A stretch of DNA of 55,252 nt from Perkinsus olseni (Eukaryota). Below the pieces are notes generated by a model. The model ran no database searches, was not told where the DNA came from, and saw only the letters and a program-made list of their open reading frames with translations. Positions 39,260-51,572 of the stretch are shown in pieces. Every line of letters begins with the position of its first letter. The stretch's first letter is position 1. Where the stretch lies: positions 1 to 55,252 of the forward strand of contig JABANN010000186.1 of assembly GCA_013115125.1 (NCBI GenBank), in the 5' to 3' direction. The position numbers were made by a program, and so were the translations under genes.

Positions 39260-39806
39260 TGGATAGAACTACTGATATTACCTCACCGCGGTGATTCACC
39301 CAGGACTTCATCCGTTTTCCCGACGTTTGTAATCACACATCATAAAGCACGCTCAATCGACGAGAAATCCCGTAGACGACTCATCAGAAAATTAAATTGC
39401 CACAAATCACACTACCAGCCAAATTGCCACAAATGACACTAAATTCCCTCTCGTAATCGCCCAACACTACATAACTGTGCTAGCTCGCCATCGCAGGAAA
39501 AGTTCCTCACCGCCTCAATTTTCTCCGGAAACACGAAAGATTGAATCCCGACCTTCCACCTTCCCACCTATCATGAAAACACAACACACCACCTCTTCTA
39601 TCAACGTAACCAGAAACAGATTTGGCAGAGTCTGCGACTTAACCAACCGCCCAAGGGATAGTACACCTTACGCTCGATCAATACAATGCCACAGCTGATC
39701 CGGAGCTAGCGGTTCAGTGAGATAGAACGATTACAGGAAGAAGGAGAACAGTACACTCGGTGCGCCCGTATGCCTTCGTAAAACCATCAGCAGTTCAATT
39801 ATGCCT

Positions 39807-41260
39807 TTACTCGTGCTTCCTGGCAGCGTCTTCATCAGACTCCTCCGAGTCAAGTTCACCCTCACTGTCCATCTCATCCTCATCTGAGTCGTAATCGGCG
39901 GCCTCGCCAGTGAAATACCTGAGCATACTCGAAATCCCCGTATAAAGTCAGTTCACCAACACAAACAAATCCACTTCCCCATCTCACAGGGGAAGAGCGA
40001 TGGCTAGAGGCTCTAGCCTTCATCGCGCTCTAGCCTAGAGCGCGAGTAAAGTAAGTTTTCCGAACCATCGCTCATCACGCTCTCAACTCACGCCCGCGAG
40101 AAAGTGCATACGAAATTTCACACGCTAATTTCACACCAGATCGAAGCACACTAGAAACAGCCTCGTAGAAACCTCCAAGCGCCTTACTTGAAAGCACGAG
40201 GCACGATGTTCTCCTTCAAGTCATCAGCCTTATCGAAATCGGCGCTCATGAAGAACTGCAGACGCTCCTCAGCCTCATCAGCGTCCGACTCGGAATCGGA
40301 GTCTTCGCCCAAGAAGATCTCAGGGATGGGATGATCAGGTCCGAGGGGGCTGAAACGAAAAACAGTCACCACAAAAATTCATCGACAGTCACTCGCCAAA
40401 AATCCGATTGTCGTAGGTAAGGCTCTTGCTACTCCGAAAAAGTACGTCTTGAATTCCCAAGCGCTTGAAGAAAGAAGTTTAAGTTTAAACAACGTAACGC
40501 TACAACTCCCAAACCAGCATGCACATGCGAAAAAATACATAAGCTCCCTTAAGACGCTATAATGGTGTAATTAAACTACATTGACACACCTTCAAGAGAA
40601 AGACAACAAAAACACTTGACCTATAAGACCAAAAAGAGCGCGGGAACAGTCATAAGTCCATATCACTAACATAAATCCAAATCTAACGCCCCCAAGTTAC
40701 GTGAAGAATCTGAAGAAGGAATCCCTCTCCTTCTGCACAGTCTTGGTAGCACCAGTCTTCTTATTCTTCTTAACCACCGTCTTCAAGGTGAGATCCTTGC
40801 CAGCCTTCCACGCCACAGAGTCGCTGTCGATGCACTTGATCTCATGACGGAGCATATCGTTGACCTCGCTGAAGTGGTAGGTCTTGCTCAAGGTCTTGTT
40901 CTCAAAGAAGGGGTTCTCGTTGAAGACAAAAGTGATCTTCAAACCAGCGATCAAATCCTCGGCCTTCTCACCGGGGATCTCCTCAGCCTTGATGTCAATC
41001 AAGTGCTCCAACGCCTCCTTGTCGTGGTCCTCAATCTCGGGGCCGAAATTGGCGCTGTTCTTCAACACAGTAAGCCAGAACTCAGGGACGCCGCCCTCGG
41101 CGATGACCTTCGACCTTTCGGAAAGAAGGGGCTCGTACTTGACGTCGTAGGACTTCTCCAAGGCGCGAGTCTCAATCTCCTGCTGACGACGGATGGCGGC
41201 GTACTCGGTATCGAGCGAGTCGAGCTTCTCAATAATGGTGGGGTCGATGGGAGAAGTCAT
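39807..41260 (-). CDS. Nucleosome assembly protein (NAP family), 3 exons (41260-40701, 40349-40188, 39918-39807)
   Basis: GVPEFWLTVLKN, IEDHDKEALEHLIDI, FVFNENPFFENKTLSKTY, WKAGKDLT, SFFRFF, IVPRAFK|YFTGEA and an acidic tail. Confidence 0.93.
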
Positions 41261-41617
41261 GGAGAAACCTTGGTGGAACAAGTGGGAAAAGCTATGGTGA
41301 TGGGTGATCGATTGGAGGAAGCGCCGTCGACCTTAACTTCTTTCGTATCTTGCACGCTCGACCTCAAGATACCTGCAAGGGGATATTATTTACTCCATGG
41401 AACACAATCCGCGCATGATAGCCACGCGCGACACTCGCTAGTGCCTGGGCGTCGGGTCGACACAAAGCGAATTTCGTGGCGCGCGACACTTTTCATTCAC
41501 TCTCGTCTCTTGCGGGAAATTCTCGCGGGTCTATTGGATCCTAGGAGCGGACTCTTTTCTGAAGAATAAGGAATTTTCTTGAAGAAGTCCCTCCCCTTCG
41601 CCTCGCCCTCAGTAACA

Positions 41618-41707
41618 GTGGCCACTTAAGGGAGATCATGTGAAACTTACTAACACTTGAAACGCCCCTTAAGTGACCACTTAGTGGAGGTCATGTGAAA
41701 TAGGGCC
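41618..41707 (+). mobile_element. Right-end fragment of the Harbinger-like MITE family
   Basis: Closely similar to 54711-54805, for example GAAACT(T/C)ACTAACACTTGAAACG and TAGTGG.GG.CATGTGAAATAGG.CC. Confidence 0.8.
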
Positions 41708-41815
41708 ATGGAGCGCGTCTACCACCATAAACGCCCGGTATAATTCCGTTCTTACTCGAGAAGACCGCCCGGAACCGTCGGCATTCGAGTAGTTTTCTCT
41801 CGCCTTCCGTCCACG

Positions 41816-41908
41816 ATGCTTAAGTTCTTCCTTATTCTAACGTCCTTTACCCTGGCCACCGGTACCACTACGAAAACGGACGGTGGATCGGGAGAAACCG
41901 GGCCGAGG
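41816..41908 (+). CDS. First exon of a putative secreted multi-exon hypothetical gene
   Basis: MLKFFLILTSFTLATG signal-like sequence ending at a gtaag donor. Downstream exons could not be resolved. Confidence 0.35.
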
Positions 41909-42674
41909 GTAAGACCGTTCCTTAGAAACCGCTCAGGGGGGGGTCAGCGAAGTTCATCTCTTCTATTTCTGTCGAGCTCCTCGGTGTGGACCGGAGGTTG
42001 TGAAAATGCTCGTATGTATCATTATGGAAGGCTTCAAAGTATCAGAAAGTGACTTCAACATAATAACTGCATCTTGTAGGAGTTTCAAAAGCACTGATTC
42101 CATTAAAAACAGCATCTGGTAGTAGGAGTTGTGATTCCTAAGAAATATCTTCTTATCATCTGCCATTTTCTGCCAGTCGATCGTAGCATGAGCGGGCGTG
42201 TTTTCAAGGATAGCTGATTGAGTCGGCGGTTTGAACGAGAGAAGGAAACTGAGCTTGCCACTCGAACGAACCTCGTTGTGTGTAGTGGAAAACTGAGAAC
42301 AGGCCATGATCCACAATCTACAGATTACTTGGCAGATTACTGCCGAAAATAACGAGAAAAATGGGTGTGCCTTTTTCATTCTGTAAAATGACGCCAAAAT
42401 TCGTACCCCGACATTTGCAAATTACAACCTGTCCTCCTTCCTCAGGCCTCGGCCTCGAGCCGTCGATTTTCCTTGCTCCCCGACCAACCATTCAGGCAAA
42501 CGTTCTTGAGGGCTTTCCGCCGTATGAGTGTAAGTGGACTTCCACTTCCATAATTCGCCCAAAATTGTGACCGAACGGAGCTCTCTTCGCATGAGTTTTC
42601 CGAGACCCGCGGGCCCATGCAGTTCGGGTTGAGTCATTGTTATCATGGGAGAAATTGAGGATAAGAATTGCCCT

Positions 42675-42749
42675 CTCCCTCGGAGGAATCGAACCCTCGT
42701 TCTCTGGAGTGAAAGTCGGGGGATCTCCCAAATCTGCTAGTCTGCCTGG
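42675..42749 (-). pseudogene. Degenerate tRNA-Glu(UUC)-like sequence
   Basis: The minus strand reads CCCGA-CTTTCAC-TCCAG...GAGGGTTCGATTCCTC-CGAGGGA. The 5' half is decayed. Confidence 0.55.
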
Positions 42750-44169
42750 TCTCAGTCCCATGAGTGTCCGCTTCAGGAGCCGATACTACGCGTCCGACGC
42801 AGGAGCAGTGCTGGTGGGCTAGAGGTAAGACGGGCCCAGCTTGTCCCCACTCCGGCCGGTACGTAAGCGCCATAGCGCTGGTTCGAATTAGAGTTTTTGA
42901 GTAGTGGTTTTCCGGGGTATTTCAAGATTCTGTGATCTGTAGACAACCTGGACCAGACGGAAAACGGTACTCCCTTATTGACAACGTAGGGGGCATTGTG
43001 GTGGTTCAATTCGAGTTTTTTTCTTTTGATCCTTGCGAATATCTTTCCTTGATACTTTTTTGATTTTTTGTCTTTCGTTGTGATATACTCTCGTGCCTCC
43101 GGTAAGAAGCATCGTTTCCTGAACCGGACAACCTTAACGAGACAGGAGAACGGTTCCTCCCTACTACTACCTGAGACGTATCTTAGGTCGACCCGCGAAC
43201 TTCAGGAATAACACTTTTGGTTTCATTCTTAGGGACTGGCTTCTTCTGATAGTCTCGAAGTCAAGCTTCGTCCCGAGCCGTGCCAATGCCCGGTCATTCT
43301 CAACGTGGACAGCGACTGGATGCCGCAAGGCTACGAGGAATTCGGCGAAGAGTATCAAAAAGGAATCTTGCCACGGTCAAGGGCTTGGCCGAGGATCGAA
43401 GAGAACACTTCTTTCATTGGTTATCTGATTGGCCTCGATCCTGTCTCCAGGAAATTTTCCATCTCTAATGCGAGATGCTCTCCAGCGACCAATCTATCTC
43501 CTAGGGAACATGACATCGGGTAACGAGGGCGAGGTCAGTAGAATCTTCTGGCCCTGATCATCTGGCTTGTCGAAACAGAGATACAATATTGGGCCAGCCT
43601 TGGTAATGTACACTCGTCAGGCCGAGCAATACCCATCGGTTGGCGTCATTCTCGGTCTACGAAATCAGTGCGTCCGCATGAGCGCTTTTGCCAGGGCGAT
43701 TTTCTCTCGAATGGTCTCACATCTCGACATCTATATTATTACTACTAGTAATACCTCGTATGATTACACTGCGAGACACTATGAATTAGTATTTATTATG
43801 CTAGTAATTTACTAGTATAATAAAAAAGTTTTCTGGTGAGTTGTTTTTAGAAAGCTCCAAAAACCGGAAACATGGGACTCGTTCGAGCGTTTCCCTCGGG
43901 ATGGGTCTTTTTGTCAGAGTGAATGAATTTAGTCTCCCGAAGAATGAAGGCTGGGACGGCGTGTGTAGTATTAGGCGGTGTGGTAAAGTGGCGAGAATAG
44001 CGAATAAAATCTGGTTCAATAAGGATGCGCCACCGACCCTGTCGACGCTGCTGGAAGTCTGCAAGGATATGCTGGGCAACGGAACAGCGGGGGCTTCTTC
44101 TCCGAAACTGATAGAAAAGCCGATGATGGGCCTGAGGAACGCAGTTAACAAGGGAACTACGAACTTGGA

Positions 44170-44225
44170 TTGGAGATTGGGTTTCTGAACCGGGAGGTCT
44201 CCGGTTCGAATCCCAGTCGTGCCAA
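44170..44225 (+). pseudogene. tRNA-derived 3'-half fragment (B-box/T-arm plus acceptor 3' strand)
   Basis: GGAGGTCTCCGGTTCGAATCCCAGTCGTGCCA. The anticodon is ambiguous. Confidence 0.45.
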
Positions 44226-46220
44226 CTTTACTGGGTGTTTTTACATGTCGATGTACAAAATAATGATATCATCTGATCCGAAGAGAATCGTGTTAATGCG
44301 GTCGAAGGGGCTCTACTTTTACGATGAGCATTTTCCCGATTTGCTCGAGGAAACCGGAATCGGGATTCCTGGCAGAGTGGACCAACTCGGCCTAGTGAGA
44401 AGGTGGGATCGGTAACGGGCACCTGTGCAGCTCAGACAACCGACGGCCAGGTTGGGCCGACTATCTACTTTGGTCAGTGTTATCGTTCTTTCTATGTTGC
44501 ATCTATATGAACTGGTCCCAGTACTGTCGGTTTTTCTGGACGCCGTAGGATCGTCGTGGGCAGACAAGGTAGTAATGGCAGGCTTACACGTGGGATTAAT
44601 CTTACCACATCTTGACCACTTCGTGAGTGTCTGGAATGAAGAAGCGCTATTATTACGCTGTCGTGTCTGATTCAGTTCCCGGCGCAAACACTGATGACGG
44701 TTAAAGACCGGCTGCCTTCCGAGTGCGAGTGTCATGCCAGCATGACGGTGCCACCCGATTGGCTCCCTGAGTATCCTCACTCTGACCTGCCGGAATATCT
44801 TTCTAGAGTAACTAGACCCGAGCAGCCGGTGAGTTTAAAGGTCGGGTTTTCGGCTATTTTGAGACGCGGAGTTCGGGATACCATCATACTGGTATCGGTC
44901 CACTGCTCACCGGCGACTCTCCTTGTCGAACCGAAGGACTACAGGTGGTACGGGAATCGAACCTCATCGGATTTTTGCGAAGCTCTTCAACTCGAACAAT
45001 TTAATGCAGATTCTTTAGTAAGGGGATGAATGGGTTTGCCGTATTTCGTCATGTCTCATGATGTGCTCAGCTCTATCAATCTCGTGAAAATTGGAGATTT
45101 TTGTCGCGAGGAATATTGGAATATGGAAGAATATTGCCCATTTTTCGCGTTTTTCACGCTACAGGAGCGCTCATACCAACTTTCTATGAACGGGCAGAAG
45201 TATAACTGAGGAGGCATCATGCTACTAGTATTCCATCACTACCCAACCCGCCGTCTGCCGCCGTAGACTGTCCATAATGCATTGCCTTATTAATAGAGTC
45301 TGAGTCTCGGGGTCTCCATTGTAATCGTTTACGCGCACTCAATGACGTCGGATGCATCAGGTTCAGAAGAATCGACCTTCCCCCGGGGTCCACCAGATGG
45401 GACGGTCGCTGTTCTCCTGCGAAATGCGACAAGGTCTTCGCATTGGCCAACGATATGTGGTTCAAAAGGAAATTGCCAGCAGATCTGACGATGCTGAGGA
45501 ATCTTTGCGATGCGGTCTCTCAGGGCGACGAAAGATTCCTGAGGCCAAAAGCACCGTTCGAAGATTGACGTTGAGGGCTTGGTGTAGTTTGCCGTACTTG
45601 GTATTTGAATGACTTGTTTTTCATACTTGCTGACTCGGTGCGCATGATGTTCGACGATGAGGTTGAGCCGTGGTGGTGTGAACTATAAGGATACGGTTGT
45701 AATGATTCTGACTAGACTTGGGTTCAAGTATAAGGAGGGCTCTCTCCCATACTTACGTGGGAGCAGACGAGTGACATTGGCTCTGTCTGACAGAGTCTGT
45801 CATTCCCGTGCGACTCTCCCCGGTGGGTGGCTGCAGCACGCTTTACAATTCATACTTACGCTGGAGGGTAGGAGGATCGAAAGGAGTGGTATCAGCAGCG
45901 CACAAAGAATTATTCATTAATTTTGGAGACCCGATTGACTTGTAGAACTCCCACTGATATCTGACATGATTGAGGAAAGATAGAGAATACAACTAAGAAA
46001 ATTAACGCTAGCATGATAGCTAGGAGGAGACACGCACATTCAGTTGTGACACAGTCCTGTCTCGATTGCTATCGGCTAAAGCCAGTGATCACCATAGGCC
46101 CTGTGATGTAGGGCAGGACCCCTAGTAGCGGTCCCCTACCGTGGTGGCCTCAGTAAACAGACTGCTGTGACAGTGTTCTCGTTCTAGGATTGCTTACCGC
46201 ACGCCCGTGCGGCCTTTGTA

Positions 46221-48440
46221 ATGACTTCTCCCATCGAAGCAATGGCCGGGCCGAGCTTCACCAGTCGGACCTCGACTCAGCGCCGCGGAGACGATGATTT
46301 CTCCCCGGCCTACTATTACTTGAAGGTCTACGTTGGTGGACTGCCTCGGGGAGCCACAGAGGCGGATGTAGTTCAAGGGAAGGGATGTGTTTTCTCGGCT
46401 TGTGCGATGGCCGGAAGTGCTTATTTTCAGAAAATTTGGCAAAAATCTTTTGTGGGAAAATTTTTTCGCGGGGTGACGGTATGTAGTTTTGTCGTTATTA
46501 ATACAATGATATTGAGTATTAGATAATGACAACAAAAGTGATGCTGAGACCAATCTATGGTGTTTTTTATACGGCGAATTTGACTGGCCATCTCCGATGG
46601 TCTGTATTCCATCGGGACTTGGTTATTGCACGGAGCAAGTTTTGCTATGATCGTTGAAAGTTGCGATTTCTTTGGTACGAATATAGCCCAGGGGATTATG
46701 AATTATGCAATTTACCTGAGTCTATCTCTGAGACGTGTAAGTAGTCCGTTGATTGAAAATCTCTCTCCAGTTGCCATTTGGGAACAAGTAAACTGTTACT
46801 TGAGAACAAACTCCCGCGGAATTAAGTATCTGAGGAATCTTTGCTATGCGCAAACTCAGATGCTGAGCTACTTCTCACGGTATGGCCCCGTAGCTGACAC
46901 CTGGCTGTATCGGTCTTCCGATCCGGCCAAGATGAACTTGCCTCCGTACGGATTTGTCACCTTCCGTAACGCCGCAGACGCTGATGCTGCTGTCGCGAGC
47001 GAACACGATTACCAAGGGGCGCACACTCTGCAGGTGAGAGGATTGGGCGAGAGGACGGAGGTTGTCTCAGTATCGGTTGAGAATAGCCTACCTTTACAGT
47101 AATAGCCTAGCTACATCCTACACGTACCATAAGTAGATCGTACTGCTAGTAATCAGGATTACATTTAATTATCATTATTAAATTACGATTACAATTAATT
47201 AGGGCATCGTAATTAAGATCCGCTACATTCTCCTACTAGTAACTAGTAACAGCTACAGTAATTAGTCTCAGTAATAGCCCTCTGAGGAATACTGAGACTT
47301 CTCAACGTACAGGGCGAACAAGCAATTCGTGAACTTTCGGAAAAGTTTCAATCTTTGCGATTCGCAGAACGAACTTGTTCACCCTGTGGTCCCCAACTCT
47401 GATAAAAACTCGCACAGCGTGAAAACAGGACCGGCATTCTTTGGAGCGGAGGTTGCGGGTGTTTCGGAATACGCGAGTTGGTGGTCTCTTCGAAACTCAT
47501 TCTGTGGAGAGAAATATGTCCTTCGTTCGTGGGGCGCGATACCGTTGGGGAGCAGCAAGGTACGTAGTGCGGGAGTGTGCCGTGCCCGTACCGTAATTTC
47601 GTATCATCACGTGCGCGCTGTGAGGCTTCATGGGCAGGCCCTTCTCTGGTAGGAATAGTGATCAGGTTAACTACGCTACGATGAAGAAGTCAGCGTCCTC
47701 GGCTGGAACGTTGGAATCGGCAATACCGAGTGGAGCTTTGGACGAGTCAGCTGTGGGCTCAGTGGCCGCATCAGGCTTGACGATTGCTGGGGCCACTGAA
47801 ACTGAGCTGGGAGAGTTCTTCTCGCAATGGGGATTGGTAAGTACGGGGCGTTAACTGTGCGTCACATTTGTATAGTGGATGGCGGCAGCGTTATCCCATG
47901 GATGGTCGCGGGTTCCATCCGTGGCTGTGGTATCTTCTGCTAAGAAAATGATTGTGTTGTCCCTGCGATGCTCGGCTGCAAGCATAGCCCTCCTTCTGGA
48001 TCGCCCGTCGAGTATACGACAGCGTTGCATTCTCCTCGGTCAGTTCATCATGTGTGTTAAACTGTCACTTGATAGTATCCACCCAGCCCCTTCAAGAATT
48101 GAAGTCGTTGACGACGGGGTGCATAATCTCTGTCGTGTTTTGGTGTTTCTGTTCTCCGAGCGCTCGAGCTCAGGCGTTGTTAGTGTTGAAGTCAGCCGAG
48201 GAACCCTCTAGTTGCCTCGTACAGTACTCGGCGAGGGAGGGCGCGGTGAGACTCCTAGCAGAACCATCGTTGAGCTTCAAGGTAAGGGGAATTTCGTGGC
48301 GCAGTGACGATAACTTGTCCTCGATCAGGGAGCAGCAATAACGGTAACGCAACGTGATGTGCCGGCCAATCTAGGCTATGATGAGGAGTATCTTGTCCGG
48401 AGAGCGACAGCTCGGCATAGAGCGAAGGCAAGGAGTCCCT
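46221..48440 (+). CDS. RNA-binding protein with RRM domain(s), multi-exon
   Basis: RNP2 KVYVGGLPRGATEAD | MLSYFSRYGPVAD...YGFVTF (RNP1), and a second RRM-like GLTIAGATETELGEFFSQWGL...CLVQY. The 3' end is approximate. Confidence 0.75.
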
Positions 48441-50640
48441 ACGAAGGAAGTAGTCCTCGCGGGTCTCTCGCGGTGGGTCGGGTCGGGCCAGTTGTTCGTC
48501 ATCCAGTTGTCCGCCGTGATTTTCTGCACGTAGGGAAATTTCTCCGGAGTGATTGTATCCGAGATTTAAGCGTAGTCGTTTTCTTCGAGTGTATTGGAAG
48601 ACTCCCGCCGCGCTCTAACTCGAGCCTGATTCGAATCTTGCTGGAATCTTATCACCCTCTTTAGCTCAGCACCAATTTGCTGCGAGTCACATTATGTGGC
48701 TGTTCAGTGTTGAGGTTATGCCATTACAGTAATTGTTGGCAGTAATTGTTCTCGAGAAAATTAGAAGAAAATGTGGTACGAATCCGGGAACGCGTCGTGA
48801 CCGGTCCAGATACAGAGGCGAGCCTGTTGGACCTCGGTGACCCGCCGCAGCTGCCGAAACTGCGTGGATACGAATTCTCTATGGGCCGATTGATGGCGGG
48901 AAGGTCGGTTGGTGGGCTGTGGGAAGTTGCTTATAGCTGTTCGAGTTTCGGGACTTTGTTTTCCCCCATTGGGTTGCCTGGCAGAGAATTTTCGTAGGTA
49001 ATTCTAATCCCCAGTTTGATAAAGTAATTCTTGAACTGAGAATCGACTTTGGAATTGATTCTTACACGAAAATGCGGATCCAAAATCGATTCTAGGTTTC
49101 GTGATTTGTTCATTGGACGGCCCCTGAGTGCTGCACGGAACTTGCAATACTGTTAGTCAAGCGAGTAGCAGCGAAAGCAGAGTTTAGTCTCCTCAGGCCC
49201 AGAGGTGAATCCACCGTCCCCATCGAGCTAGTCCCTGTTAATGGAGATAGTGGTCGGTCCAGTGCTGCAGTCCTGCGCCCTCGAAGTGGAGTTGATGTCA
49301 CCTTGAGACGGAAGAGCGGGGACGATGCTGAGTAGGTGCGAATGTTGTGGTCGGCTAACTCGGGGATCGCTCGGCAAGTGAGAACGGCTCTATCTTCGGC
49401 TTGGTCTCGGATTTGTGGATGATATTGGAAATGTGTTCGTGAGTTCGTAGTCCAGCGCGGGTTCCGTCTTGATAAGACTCTTGCTGATGTGCTCAGTTAG
49501 GGAATCTCTGTAGCGATCGATATGCAGTGTAATGAGACGGTGGGCACTGCGTGTTTGCTCTTGGGACTGTCTCACTGGAAATTCATCACCTTTTGTTCGT
49601 GAACCACAATTTTACGCGAATTTGAGAATTGCGGTCTGGTATCGCTTCGCGAGAGAGTACTACGAAGTGACTGTATAAAACAACAATGAAGACAGGATGA
49701 ACTTATATCACCTTCCGGACCATCGGCCTGGCGAGGGTCTTTCAACCTGGCGCTGATGTCTCCTGAGCACCACTACTTCATGCACTTCATGGAGAGGGGC
49801 GGAGTGGACTGGAATTCAGCCCTCATAGGCGTGGTGTGGCATATTGTAGTTCCTCGTGATGGAGAAACTGCAGTATTTTCCCTGATATTTACATTCCATC
49901 ACATTTGCAGTGTAAAACGCGATTTACACTCGGCACTTGACGATAAATCAGTTCTTTCGCGATATGCTCCGTGTGCTGTTATCGCGAAGCGAGAAGCCGT
50001 GCCATACCGCGCGCGAGTCTCTCATTTTTTGCCTCGCGCAAATATTAGACAATCACACAACCTGAACAATGTGAAGAATGCGATTTACACCCCATATTCC
50101 GCGATGAATTAATTTTTTCAAGAAATTCTGTTTTGTGTTTTTTGAAATTGTGTTTTTTTCGCAAATTCTCAATGTGTTTTTCGCGAAATTTTCAATGTGT
50201 TTTTGGCGAAATGATCGTCATCGCCATATGTTTGCGCGAAGTGATTTACCTTCATATCACATCGCTGTTAGCGCTAAGCGCTGAGCGCTTTCCTTCCACT
50301 TTGCGAAAAATGCCACCTCGCATATTACGGTGAAACTCCATTGATGTCGGTCATCAAAATTTGGTATCTTGGCAACTCAGCAGGTCACCTTCGCCGAGGA
50401 GTTGGAAAGCATCGGAAAGTAACGGCGGTGATAATGGTCGAAGTGGCAACAAGAGACGGCGGAGGGGATCGAGCGATCTGTCGAGAAGTCGGAGGCGGAG
50501 CGATGATAAGACAACGTGAGTTCAATTTATCAATCGCCAGCTCTTCCGGGAACTCGTAAATAGTTCTTCTCCGCGCTCCGTAGCGTGAGCCTGGGCTCGC
50601 GGACGGATACGGAACCTCTCGTGGGGGTTCTCCAACTGAA

Positions 50641-50912
50641 GATCATGGAGGAAAGTACAGCAAGGCTCGGTTGTATTTTAGGCCTTCTCCGAGTCGGCGA
50701 GATGTTACTTGATGGTGTGTCACTGCGGGTTGTTCATACTAAGCTATTGAGTAACGACTGTCTGATGCTGTATGCCTGTGGTGGTGGTGGTGGTGGTGGC
50801 TGTTGCCTGTTGTTCCTCATGCAGGAATTTCCAACGCGCTCCAGAAAGAGTTGCGTTATGGTCAAAGTATCGCCATCGATTATTCCTGAAGGTCGACAGT
50901 GTCAAGTTGGCA
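50641..50912. repeat. Copy 1 of a ~270-bp duplicated segment (copy 2 at ~54878-55162)
   Basis: Long near-identical stretches, e.g. GGCCTTCTCCGAGTCGGCGAGATGTTACTTGATGGTGTGTCACTGCGGGTT. The copies differ in (GGT)n length and in a short indel. Confidence 0.9.
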
Positions 50913-51572
50913 CGCTTCAATGCAGGGCCAGTGATTCACTGGCTCATGTATGGTAGCGTCGGTCGGATCGGTAACGGCTCTGACGGATGAACCTTTGCCG
51001 CTCAACGTTCTCTGCCTTTGACTAAGGAATCCTGAGTAAGCATGAAACACGTGTCGCCATGGAACATATTAACCTCTCGTAACAGAGCTGTAACAAGTCA
51101 CGGAGTTCCGTCTCTGGTGTTTCGCGGGCTGTTAGAAGCGTGCGCCATCTGATCAGCTCACAACACAAGAGCAGCTTTTCGATGGGCTACAACCGAGGCT
51201 CCACCGCGTTCCCGCTTGAAGGTTGGTTATGGCCTCAAGTCGCCATAAGAGCGGAAAAACAACCGCCGCCTGAAAGAGATCATACACAAATTGTGTATGA
51301 TCTGTGTAATCATGTGTGTTAGGGGGGCGTACGAGCACTAACGATAGCAGGACCAGTCCACGATTGACGAACACCATAGGCCGGAAAGAGACGATGTATG
51401 AAAAGGGACAACTACAAAATGGCTAACTCGCTAATGGCTAAGGATCGATCAACATCGTAAGTTACGCATATACATTGGCGCGCCGAACTTGAACGGCTCT
51501 GCAGCAGAGCCTCTGCTAACAACTCTAACAATGTGCAACACAGTACATCAGGGACGAGCGCTTTGATCAGCT

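Noticed and set aside
40844-41569. 241-aa plus-strand ORF
   Set aside because: It is the antisense shadow of the NAP gene.
41900-45950. Endogenous virus or organellar insertion
   Set aside because: Only short unrecognisable ORFs are present, with no viral or organellar hallmark motifs. It is more likely exons of a divergent multi-exon gene.
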